Source of the DNA: a virus
IMG/VR virus record: IMGVR_UViG_3300020201_000009
Span: 64,001-128,000 of that record
DNA: 64,000 bases
Reading direction: 5' to 3' (one strand)
The translations under genes were made by a program, and so were the position numbers. Below the pieces are notes generated by a model, which saw nothing but the letters and a program-made list of their open reading frames with translations, had not been told where the DNA came from and ran no database searches. This document shows, one piece after another, positions 41,972 to 51,292 of this stretch (positions within the stretch are counted from its first letter, which is position 1; each line of letters opens with the position of its first letter).

Positions 41972-42412
41972 ATGATTAATATCGAAGAAGACCTACAAGA
42001 AATTTTAACTCAAGCAGGCTTGAACGCCGAGCAGCGTAGTAAAGTTCTTAAAATCGCCAAAGAAGTAGAAAACGCCAAGAAAGAAGATAAGGATGACGAA
42101 AAAACACCAAAGGGTAAGAATAAGTTTACCATTTTTATTCGTGGTGATGCAGAGTTGGCTAAGAAAGTTGCGACCGGATGGATTACGAAAAGCCCTCTGG
42201 ATCAAGATGACAACGAGGCAATTGAACGATTACAGCGGGCTGCTAAGAGCCAAAATGAAGTGGCGAAACGGAAGAAGAATCCAATTAAGACTTGGGCAGA
42301 TTTGTTCAAAACTTTGAAGTCAAAGTCAACAAAGACTTTCGATACCAATGTTGCTGTATCGACAAAAGATCCCGTTAGGGTAGTCGTGATTGAACAGGAA
42401 AACGCACTATAA
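41972..42412 (+). CDS. hypothetical basic protein
   Basis: 146-aa ORF. Confidence 0.6.
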   Translation: MINIEEDLQEILTQAGLNAEQRSKVLKIAKEVENAKKEDKDDEKTPKGKNKFTIFIRGDAELAKKVATGWITKSPLDQDDNEAIERLQRAAKSQNEVAKRKKNPIKTWADLFKTLKSKSTKTFDTNVAVSTKDPVRVVVIEQENAL

Positions 42413-42896
42413 TGGAGTATTTACATAATATACTGAAGATAGTAACCGAAAAGCTGATCTATTGGATAGCTATCTCCGTTCCAGTTTATTTTTTATGGGA
42501 ATATTTGCTTGACTTAGGAGTTAAGCTACCCAGTATAGGGTATGTAGGGTGTTTATCTGTTATAATGATCGCCCAAATGATTTTTAGAACAAACACACCA
42601 GTCATAAATGTATATATAGAACACCCCGAAGAGTTAACGGATCAAAGAGGAGAAAACGATGATGCATCTAAACCTAAGTGATAAAGAAGAGTTATATATG
42701 ATGTTGAGAGCTATGGGCTGTTCCTTCTCAACAAATCAATCGAAGAATAGAAAATATCTAGTTGTCGGTTGGTCTCCTGATAAGGATAATTTGGAAGCCG
42801 TTAAGATGAAGGTCAAATACTATTTTGGTTCTTCATATGTTACAAACCAAACAGCAGAACGTGTGATATTTAGAATTAACCCGGAAACATATTAAA

Positions 42897-43307
42897 ATGG
42901 CTATTAAAAAAAATAAAAAGTTTAAGCTTACGCGTCTTCAAAGACTTTGGTTGGAAACATTAGAAAGCGGTAAATATAAGAAAGCTAAGGGTGTACTCGC
43001 TAGAATTAATTCAAAAAACGAAGTCGTTTCTTGTTGTTGTTTAGGAGTTCTTTGCGAAACAGCTTTGAAAATGGGAGTGATTGGCGAAAAAGATATTGTT
43101 TCGTTTTCCAATCGAACTAGAGTTTATAAGGGCGATTCATTCTATCTTCCAAGTATAGTGGCTGAAAAGGCAAAAATGCATCAGGAGGGTCATGTGCGCG
43201 GTCACGATGCGATAAATTCCCTCGTTGATTTGAATGATTCGGGCTGGTCGCATCCCAAAATCGCTAAGTTTATTAGAAAAAATCCAGAGAAGGTATTTTA
43301 TGCTTAA
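42897..43307 (+). CDS. conserved phage hypothetical protein
   Basis: W...LESGKY...CCLGVLC...LND pattern. Confidence 0.65.
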   Translation: MAIKKNKKFKLTRLQRLWLETLESGKYKKAKGVLARINSKNEVVSCCCLGVLCETALKMGVIGEKDIVSFSNRTRVYKGDSFYLPSIVAEKAKMHQEGHVRGHDAINSLVDLNDSGWSHPKIAKFIRKNPEKVFYA

Positions 43308-43977
43308 ACCTCTTAAATTCAAAGGTTCGGAACACAACTATTTTTTTGTATCGGATCTTCACTATGGACACAATCGGGATTTTATTTATGAAAAGAGAAA
43401 CTATAAAAGCGTAGAAGATCACGATAGCGGAATTATTCATCAATGGAATGCCAATGTTTCCCATGAGGCAACCGTTTTCCATTTGGGAGACTTTATTTTT
43501 GGCGATGGAGATGGTAAGAAATTTTGGGAACTTTGTAGGAGGTTAAGTTTCGATCACCTTTATCTAATACTTGGAAATCATACTTCCGGCCATAGACAAG
43601 CTTATTTGAAGACTTTGCAAGCTCAATTTCCAGATGCTTACGATAGTGAGTTAAACTATGAAGTCTACCCTTTGACGACAAAATTGGGACAGAAATCAAT
43701 CACCTTCCTTCCGACTTATGTAGAAGCTTTTATTAATTCAACCCCTCTCGTATTGTGCCATTATCCAATTATGAGTTTTCTTGGAGACGGTAAAGATTAT
43801 ATTCACCTTTGCGGGCACAGCCATTCGAACAACCCAATGACTAATAAAGATACTGGAATTGGTTATAGGTTAGATGTCGGCATAGAATCATTTGGAAGAC
43901 CCATTTCTCTGTTAGAGGTTAAAAAACATTTAAACGGTCGAGAAATTCACTCGTATGATCATCACGGAAAGACATAA
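43300..43977 (+). CDS. calcineurin-like phosphoesterase
   Basis: SDLHYGH, HLGDF, GNH, LCHYP and GHSH motifs. Confidence 0.88.
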   Translation: MLKPLKFKGSEHNYFFVSDLHYGHNRDFIYEKRNYKSVEDHDSGIIHQWNANVSHEATVFHLGDFIFGDGDGKKFWELCRRLSFDHLYLILGNHTSGHRQAYLKTLQAQFPDAYDSELNYEVYPLTTKLGQKSITFLPTYVEAFINSTPLVLCHYPIMSFLGDGKDYIHLCGHSHSNNPMTNKDTGIGYRLDVGIESFGRPISLLEVKKHLNGREIHSYDHHGKT

Positions 43978-45355
43978 ATAAAGACATAAATGGAAAAAAA
44001 GTTATTAAAAGATAAATATCTATACACAAAGGAAGCTTTACAATATATTGACAATATTACAGAAAAATTTCTCAATGTTTATAAAAGATTACCAGAAGTG
44101 GATCTCTTCTACGGAGAAGAAACTATTCATTTGGGTAAAACGACAAAAATTACAAAAATTAACCGGTATATAGTCGCTTATTTCGATGAAAAGAAAGGCC
44201 GAGGCGCTTCAGATTTAAAATTAATCCAAAATTTAGATAACATTATCGTAGAAGACGTTAGAAAATAACCAAATATGAATAAATTCAATCCAAATCAAAA
44301 ACCAAAGCCTGATCGGTACGTAGTTCACATGCTGCCAGAAAGACAGGATACCGAAGATATTGATCTATATGGTAATATTATTAGTTATAGCACAGAATTG
44401 GATAATCAACCCGGTATGACTTCCGCTTACAGTCAGGCTGTTCATACCGCCTCTCGCTATGCTGGAGAAATTGTTGCCATCTATAAAGACGAAAAATGGC
44501 ATTCGGTGAAAACTTATAGATAATTAGTGTATTATCCGGTGTGTCAGAAACACAACCTCACGACGATCAAGATAAGATTAAGCAGAAAACGCTAATTCTT
44601 CAGACGGTAGGATTTTTTGCTAAACGTAAGCGATTAAAGCTGATTAAATTGAGTATTATACGCCAATACCTTCAGCAAGTTCTCCTGTCCGAGGAATTGA
44701 CACTGGCAGAGATCGCCGAATGTGATATTAGAATGCAGCGAGAGATCTATTCTAATATCGATCTATTGAGAGAAGATTTGAACATACCCGATAGTAGCGA
44801 AGAAGATACAAAATTTTAATGACTAATTTTCTAGGAGGCGAATCCGAAAATCCCCTTATTTGTACGATAGACGTTAGCGCCTATTGTTTAACCAAACAAC
44901 AAATTGAGGTTTTATCAACAGAATTTTATGGAAAACTTGATGAAAAAGACTCGGATGAAAATATCTTAACGATTGTGTTTAGCAAGGGAGACGAGCAAAA
45001 TCGTATCATATTTGAGACCACTCTTAAGGGTGGGTTCTCGAAGGTAAAGAACAAAAAATAAAATAAATAAACGTATATACTATGTCTAAACGTAAAATAG
45101 TTGAGAAAGGTCTCAACAAATTTGTTAGTAGTCAGCTACCGACCGTGGAAATCCTAAGAAAATTGGGAGCTAAAGTCCGTGTCGTTCATAATCGTCGGGT
45201 TTCTTATGTAGAGAATTTGGATGGCTACAATTTAAATGTAGCGGGTATTCTTCCTTTATACCATATTCGAAATATGAAACTTCAACATGCGTTGGTTTCT
45301 ACTGGAGGAAATACCTCGATTGAAATTGATTTCCCAAATGGGGAAATTGTAAAAG

Positions 45356-45862
45356 GTGTTGCCGAGTGCTCAAATAAAGATAATTTTAATCGCACTCGCG
45401 GCATTAAAGTGGCAATTGCTCACGCATTGTTCGCCGATTACCAGATTGAATCTTAGAGTATTCAAAGAGGCTCTAGAAACAACTAGGGCAATGCAGGGGT
45501 TTAGGAGAAATGGAAAATCATTCCATACTTCCTTTGCCATCCTCAAAAATCGTATTGTTTGTGTGGGTTGGAATTGCTACAACAGCCCGCACAACCAGTA
45601 TCGTTTTGGTGTTTATAAGAAAGAACATTTACCCGGAAAATATACACCCTGTAGGCATTCCGAGTGTCATTTACACGAAAAGTTAGACAAACTCTCTTGG
45701 AAAGACTATGAAATCTTAAACATAAGAATGAATCAGAATGGCGAGCCAAGATTGGCGATGCCGTGTGAAAATTGCTTGGATAAAGTAATCGTTCCTATGC
45801 GTCCAAAGAGAATGTATTTTACAGACAATGACAACAGTTACCAAAATTTAATATTAGAATGA
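45356..45862 (+). CDS. cytidine/deoxycytidylate deaminase-like protein
   Basis: HSE and PCENC Zn-binding motifs; start uncertain. Confidence 0.7.
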   Translation: MLPSAQIKIILIALAALKWQLLTHCSPITRLNLRVFKEALETTRAMQGFRRNGKSFHTSFAILKNRIVCVGWNCYNSPHNQYRFGVYKKEHLPGKYTPCRHSECHLHEKLDKLSWKDYEILNIRMNQNGEPRLAMPCENCLDKVIVPMRPKRMYFTDNDNSYQNLILE

Positions 45863-46584
45863 TTTTTTTACCTCTCGCACAAGAAACAGGACGTTTTTTA
45901 TACGCTTCTAATGGCGGCGGCGCTAACGAAAGTATTATTATAGGTTTTCAAGGTCCAGATAGTTTTCTCAATAGAATGAGAAATTTATTATTGAATTACC
46001 AATTTTCAGAACGGGTTCAAGAAATGAATATTGTTGGAGATGTATGGGTTCTTTACGGTAGTATAGTCAAATTAAAAAAATTCCTACATCGGTATTTTAT
46101 TTCAGAGTTACAAATTACTTGTAAAGAAGAAATAGATTGGAAAGTTACTGAATATAATAAAGATACGGATGAAGAATATATAGAGATCACACACAACGAA
46201 GAAAAGTTACAAGCTCTAGCCAAAACGCGATCAGAAGAGTTTATTACAAATATTTTCCAAAACGATTCTACACTATTGCGTAAATATTATAGTAAAGATA
46301 CTAGCGAGCACCAAAATCTTCAATCGTGTAATTCTGATTTTAGAAACTTAGACGAATGATACAAAAATGGAATTATCCACCGACTAAGCCAGTCAGAGAA
46401 GGTTATATCAGGCATCAATACTTTCTTATTTTTGACAAGAAAAGTTATAATGCATACAATTATCAAGAAAAAGCATTCATGATTAATATAGCTTTTAATG
46501 GGTACACAGAATTTGCTGAAATATTTCATCAAATAGATGAACAGGTACTCGGGATAAGAGCTTGGGTCGATTTAAAAGACGCAG

Positions 46585-46731
46585 ATGAAAAAAAATAAAA
46601 AGATAAACCCAACGGTAAAATTATTTAAATCAATACGCAAGGAAATGCCCCCACCGAAGCGTATTGAAATTGATAAAAAAACTAAACAGAAGAATAAAAA
46701 GAAACCAAAATGGAATTGGGACATAGGTTAA
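46585..46731 (+). CDS. small basic protein (48 aa, not in the ORF track)
   Basis: MKKNKKINPTVKLFKSIRKEMPPPKRIEIDKKTKQKNKKKPKWNWDIG; overlaps the upstream stop. Confidence 0.55.
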   Translation: MKKNKKINPTVKLFKSIRKEMPPPKRIEIDKKTKQKNKKKPKWNWDIG

Positions 46732-46855
46732 TTATAAAAACTTAGCAATTCTATTCGGCTATAGTGTTATTGTAAATAAATAATTAGTAATTTAATCAAT
46801 ATCCACCCAACAAAGACTAATAATCTTTGCTGGATATATTAAACCAAAAAAACAA

Positions 46856-47794
46856 ATGAGATTTGGACTGGAGTTAACCTTTATCCCCATTAAGGGAAAA
46901 CCTTATCGTTCGAGATGTGCCGCGGAAAAAGTGGCAAATACATTTAATAAACTTTTTCCCAAAGTTATTAAAGATTTTTACAAAATTAAAGCTAAACCCG
47001 ATATTCTTAGCCTCCAAAAAATAGAATATTGCGTAGAGGTCGAATGTCAGGTGGAAATAAGTTATATTTCAGATATTGATAAATATGGTGGAGTGTTTAA
47101 TATTATTTTTGCAGCGTCCAAGGCTTTGAATCTAACATCTAGAATCATTAAAGAAAATCCCAATGAAGTCCTATACTATCCTACGGGAGGAGGACATCTT
47201 CACGTTGGTTTAGAAGAAATTTGTGGCTCTTCGACATCAACACTCAAAATATTAAAATTAGAAACAGCGCTATTAGATATTTTTCTTAAAAATCCCTTCA
47301 TTTACTCAATGTTTCAAGAACCTTTTGATGATAAAAATTGTTTTCCATTTGATTATCATCGTTTCGCCGATATCGTTGATAAAAATGACGAAGGATTTAC
47401 AGAAAGTTTAAAAAAAGAATTTTTTAACTATAACTATATTTTTCAACCCCGTTATACTACAAATAAAAAAACATCCTATCCAACTTTTGAGTTTAGATTA
47501 TTTAGCTCTCAGAATAATGCAGAAGAATTAAAATCTGACATTGTGTTTCTCTGTTCTCTAATTAGATACGCGCGGTTATCGGATAAACCTTCCTTATCTT
47601 ATCAAGATTATTTAGCTGATATAAAAAGACTATGGGCGTACAAGAAAAAGTTAAAAGAAATCAAATTTGCAAAAAGAGAGGTTCGAAAGTTTTTCGAGCG
47701 AATCAATTGCCCGTGGTGCAACGAATACGAGAAAAAATTTGAACGCAACTATGTGGTGCGCAAGGAATTTGGGAATTTGGATCTTGTGTCTTAA
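46856..47794 (+). CDS. putative amidoligase (COOH-NH2 ligase family)
   Basis: FGLEL, VEV, GGGHLHVG and TFEFRLF motifs. Confidence 0.7.
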   Translation: MRFGLELTFIPIKGKPYRSRCAAEKVANTFNKLFPKVIKDFYKIKAKPDILSLQKIEYCVEVECQVEISYISDIDKYGGVFNIIFAASKALNLTSRIIKENPNEVLYYPTGGGHLHVGLEEICGSSTSTLKILKLETALLDIFLKNPFIYSMFQEPFDDKNCFPFDYHRFADIVDKNDEGFTESLKKEFFNYNYIFQPRYTTNKKTSYPTFEFRLFSSQNNAEELKSDIVFLCSLIRYARLSDKPSLSYQDYLADIKRLWAYKKKLKEIKFAKREVRKFFERINCPWCNEYEKKFERNYVVRKEFGNLDLVS

Positions 47795-47907
47795 AAAGTG
47801 AAAAAAAACTTGCTTCCTGTCTCAGATTAGGGATGATCTTGGGAGCGAGATAAGGGACCGCCCGAGGCTCCGAAAAGAAACTTAAAAAAATCAAAAAAAA
47901 TAATATA

Positions 47908-48018
47908 ATGCCAACAAAGAAAAAGTCTGTTGCGTCGAAGTCCGCCCCTAAGAAGGCCCCAGTAAAAACGGTTGTTAAAAAGATCGTTAAAGCCGCTGCG
48001 CCCGCCGCAGATCAGTAA
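47908..48018 (+). CDS. histone H1-like Lys/Ala/Pro-rich peptide (36 aa)
   Basis: MPTKKKSVASKSAPKKAPVKTVVKKIVKAAAPAADQ behind an A-rich leader. Confidence 0.55.
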   Translation: MPTKKKSVASKSAPKKAPVKTVVKKIVKAAAPAADQ

Positions 48019-48267
48019 TAGTAAAAAAAAAGATCAAAATATACGCCTTAGTACGAAATGCATATCTTGGCGGGTCCGTTAAAAGACCGTGTCCCATGAT
48101 GTACTGAAACTTTTTGTGAAAAATGCTATTGTAAAAGATAGTTGTCTATTGTAACAAAAATTATGGGTTATAAATCCCATCAAGGCAAAAATTGATATAG
48201 TACGAATATTTGAACTGAGCTAGTAGTAACCGACGCTATTATTTCCTCATTCCTCTTTTATTTTTAT

Positions 48268-48344
48268 GCGCGCATAGCTCAATTGGATAGAGCGACAGAT
48301 TTCTACTCTGTAGGTTGAAGATTCGATTTCTTCTGCGCGTACCA
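48268..48344 (+). tRNA. tRNA-Arg(UCU)
   Basis: cloverleaf, ACAGA-TTTCTAC-TCTGT anticodon arm, encoded CCA. Confidence 0.93.
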
Positions 48345-48654
48345 CTTTAAAATTTCAAGATGTGCGATTGGAAAATTAAATTAGAAAATGTTCAATGTGG
48401 CAAAACAAGGGATTCACCATGATAGGGCTAATTGGAGTTTGGGCTGTTGTCGGATTATTATTTTTTTTCACTTGCGGAGACCGGGTTTTTTTTAAAAACA
48501 TGGGAGAGGTGAAATTCCTGTCTCTGGCTTTCTTGTTTGGCCCTTTTGTTTTTTTAGCATTTGTCTTCATGACAATTGTTGATTGGCTGTTCAGAAAAAT
48601 CTAATTTTAGATCCATATTTAAAATTTCTAGTGTAAAATCTATATTGTACTTTT

Positions 48655-48738
48655 GGCCCTATGGGGGAATGTATACCCAATACTCTTAAAAAGTATCGCC
48701 CGTAAGGGATTGTCGGGTCGAACCGACTAGGGCTACCA
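48655..48738 (+). tRNA. tRNA-Leu(UAA)
   Basis: ATACT-CTTAAAA-AGTAT arm, long variable arm CCC-GTAA-GGG, encoded CCA; T-loop GTCGAAA. Confidence 0.88.
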
Positions 48739-49172
48739 AACTATTATTCCCGCTTCAAATGAAAAAAATCACTCTCGCACTAATCCTTACGGATGTTCGC
48801 AAGGATAAATTGCTGCACAACGCGGGCGTACTCGAATCGTTTAAACGGTTGATTGAACCAGTCGAATATTTGCACGGCAATCTAAGAGAAGATCAAACGG
48901 TCAATAAGGTAATTTGTAATCTTAAAAAAGTTATAATGTCTGACGGAAAATATGAAATCCAAGCAATATTTACCCCCCATCAAAACGAAGGGGCTTGGTG
49001 TAATCGCGAAACAATTCTTGTTAGTACGGGTTCGGTGTGGGGGAAATTTGCAAATTATTTAGAGAGTTTGGGGTACAAAGGGCAACTTCCAAAACGATAC
49101 ACCAACGAAGTTTTAGTGTAAATAGATCTTTTGCGGAATATCGAGATTTGACAGGTATTAAACATATTTTCC

Positions 49173-49274
49173 CGCTCTGAACATTCTTTCTAGAATAATG
49201 TTAAAGTAATCGTCTATAACGCCTAAAAACGTTTTATAGGATTCCGTGTTTGTAAAACAACACCAGAGCGACCA
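49173..49274 (+). ncRNA. non-canonical tRNA-like cloverleaf ending in ACCA
   Basis: CGCTCTG/CAGAGCG acceptor, three internal hairpins, 5-bp last arm stacked on the acceptor. Confidence 0.6.
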
Positions 49275-49406
49275 CTTTCCTTTTCTATATTATATAAACA
49301 CATATTGGTTACTATCTAAAAATAGTAATTCAGTCTTGCTGAGGGTTGTAGACCACCTCAATAAAAACGGTACATTAATTTTTAGGTTTAACAATTCAAA
49401 TTCAAA

Positions 49407-50162
49407 ATGAAACTACACGAATCGCTAGCTGTCAACACAAGTATCGAAACACAAGCCGGTAAGGTAAGATCCGAATTGGCTAATTCTTTCCAAAGCAAGG
49501 GACACCTCTTTACAGAGAAACTTGTTACATTCTTTCCCAATGCAGAGGGGCAACCGCCGATTATTGAATCCCAGAGTAAAATTCAGACCACGGTTCGAAA
49601 TGAACTTGCTCTGATTACACCATTCCTTGTCAAGGCTATTGACTCTGCTTATCAGATTGCAGAGGCCAATACAGAGGCAAGGGCGGATATTATCTTAGAG
49701 GGGGAAACAACACCGATCCTTACCGGTATTCCCGCTACCTCTCTGCTCGAACTTGAGAAGAGACTTGCAGAAGTCGCAACATTGATTAATGCAATTTCTA
49801 CAATCGACCCAGCGAAGGCTTTTGTAGCTGATAATGATAAAACGGCTGGATACTATAAAGCGGCCATTGTCAACAAGCCTCGTACCAAGAAAGAGAAAGT
49901 TGTACTTATTCGCTACGCGGCAACCGTTGAACATCCAGCGCAAACAGAGCTGATTGATAAAGATGTCGAAATTGGCCGGACACAAGAACAAGAATGGTCC
50001 GGACTTATTTTGCCAGTTGAAAAGTCCCAATTGTTGGAGCGCGTCGAAATTATGCAGAGAGCAGTAAAGGCCGCTCGTTCCCGCGCCAATGAACAATTGG
50101 TTGATAGAGAAAAGAAGATTGGTAATACAATCATTGGTTACATCTTCCAAGTTAAAAAGTAA
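49407..50162 (+). CDS. coiled-coil protein of unknown function (from memory, DUF7873-like)
   Basis: ARADI..., PATSLLELEKRL, RTKK, ATVEHPAQT, EWSG and AVKAARSRAN motifs. Confidence 0.75.
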   Translation: MKLHESLAVNTSIETQAGKVRSELANSFQSKGHLFTEKLVTFFPNAEGQPPIIESQSKIQTTVRNELALITPFLVKAIDSAYQIAEANTEARADIILEGETTPILTGIPATSLLELEKRLAEVATLINAISTIDPAKAFVADNDKTAGYYKAAIVNKPRTKKEKVVLIRYAATVEHPAQTELIDKDVEIGRTQEQEWSGLILPVEKSQLLERVEIMQRAVKAARSRANEQLVDREKKIGNTIIGYIFQVKK

Positions 50163-50265
50163 AAATTTGGGTGTCTCGGCTTCACGCCGAGATTCTCAGG
50201 CTTAGGGTTATTGTTAGGTTTACTCATATAAAAGTTTAAGTTATTAACCCAAAAGTTCAAAACAC

Positions 50266-50445
50266 ATATAGAAGTTACCAGTAGACATATTAATATTTAA
50301 ACCGAAAACAAAGATTCAATTTCTTTCGAAGGCGCCATTTTTGTATTTGTCAGTCAATGCTTTCGTCGTATAGCGGTATTACGTCGGGATCAAGTTAAAA
50401 ATTAATACGGGTTTGCTGATGAAGAGTTAAAAAAACGCTCTATAT
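50266..50445 (+). ncRNA. circularly permuted tRNA-like RNA
   Basis: T-arm + CGAAGGC-G-CCA (50310-50337) precedes GCTTTCG + D-arm (50359-50383); flanks pair as a long stem. Confidence 0.8.
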
Positions 50446-50451
50446 AATATC

Positions 50452-50491
50452 GGGGCTAGTCGCGTGCTAGCGGTCTAGCCCCACTTATTTT
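50452..50491 (+). terminator. intrinsic terminator-like hairpin
   Basis: GGGGCTAG/CTAGCCCC stem followed by ACTTATTTT. Confidence 0.7.
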
Positions 50492-51016
50492 CAGTCATGG
50501 AATATGAGGATTCAATAAAGTTAGATCATTTAGAGGCCAAATTAAAAATTGGCGCTTATTATTGCGCTTATCAAAATAGAGCACTTCTTTTTATGGCCTA
50601 TGTTGTAAGATTCACAGATAACATAATTGTCTTTAGAGAAGTATCCGTATTCGAAGGTCGTATTATTTGTGTGGACCGAAAGGTTTTCTTTAGTCTTGAA
50701 TATTGTCCACGATTTGTCGGATACGGTATCAAAAATAAGTTGTTATCGTTTTTTAGCGTTTTTCGTGGTGATCCGTTTCCCGTTTATAGTTTAACTTAAA
50801 TAGATCTTTATATATGGGTAAAACTAAACGTAAAGATGCTCATATCGAATCTGGCAGAAAGCCTTACGGTAAAATGCATCAGATTACAATTAAAGTTTCA
50901 AAATTGTTTTTCAGAATTTCTGAAAAAACCCATTGCATTCCTCACCATTTTAGCTTATTATTCCTCTTAGTTCTTTGATAGTTTAAATTAGTTTAAGTCT
51001 TATTTGTCAGTAATAT

Positions 51017-51091
51017 GGCCATGTCATCTAGTGGTTAAGATACACGGTTTTCATCCGTGGTACGAGAATTCGATTTTCTCCATGGCTACCA
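51017..51091 (+). tRNA. tRNA-Glu(UUC)
   Basis: CACGG-TTTTCAT-CCGTG arm, TTCGA T-loop, encoded CCA. Confidence 0.92.
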
Positions 51092-51153
51092 ATTTTTTCT
51101 AGATAACAAAATCTGATTATCATATAAATAAAAAATGTACTAATCGACGAAAA

Positions 51154-51186
51154 GAAAGCCCCGTGCTTTAGCTAGGGGATGATCAA
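51154..51186 (+). mobile_element. IS200/IS605-family end hairpin remnant
   Basis: GAAAGCCCCGTGCTTTAGCTAGGGGATGATCAA resembles IS200/IS605 subterminal palindromes; no transposase nearby. Confidence 0.55.
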
Positions 51187-51218
51187 GGATTAAACAAATT
51201 AAAAATTAGAGTTTTTGT

Positions 51219-51292
51219 TGGAGCGTGGTGTAACGGTAGCACAGGAGACTTTGAATCTCTTAGAGAAATTTCGATTATTTCCGCTCCTGCCA
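51219..51292 (+). tRNA. tRNA-Gln(UUG)
   Basis: GGAGA-CTTTGAA-TCTCT arm, encoded CCA; U1-U72 mismatch. Confidence 0.92.

Noticed and set aside
49133-49175. GCGGAATATCGAGATTTGAC resembling a tmRNA 5' end
   Set aside because: No matching tmRNA 3' acceptor strand, G3-U70 pair or tag ORF found; it folds as a local hairpin.
50202-50219. TTAGGG telomere-like repeat
   Set aside because: Only one exact copy; treated as part of a degenerate hexamer tract.
50416-50445. CTGATGA suggesting a hammerhead ribozyme core
   Set aside because: The following stem is not followed by GAAA, and these bases pair better within the long stem of the permuted RNA.
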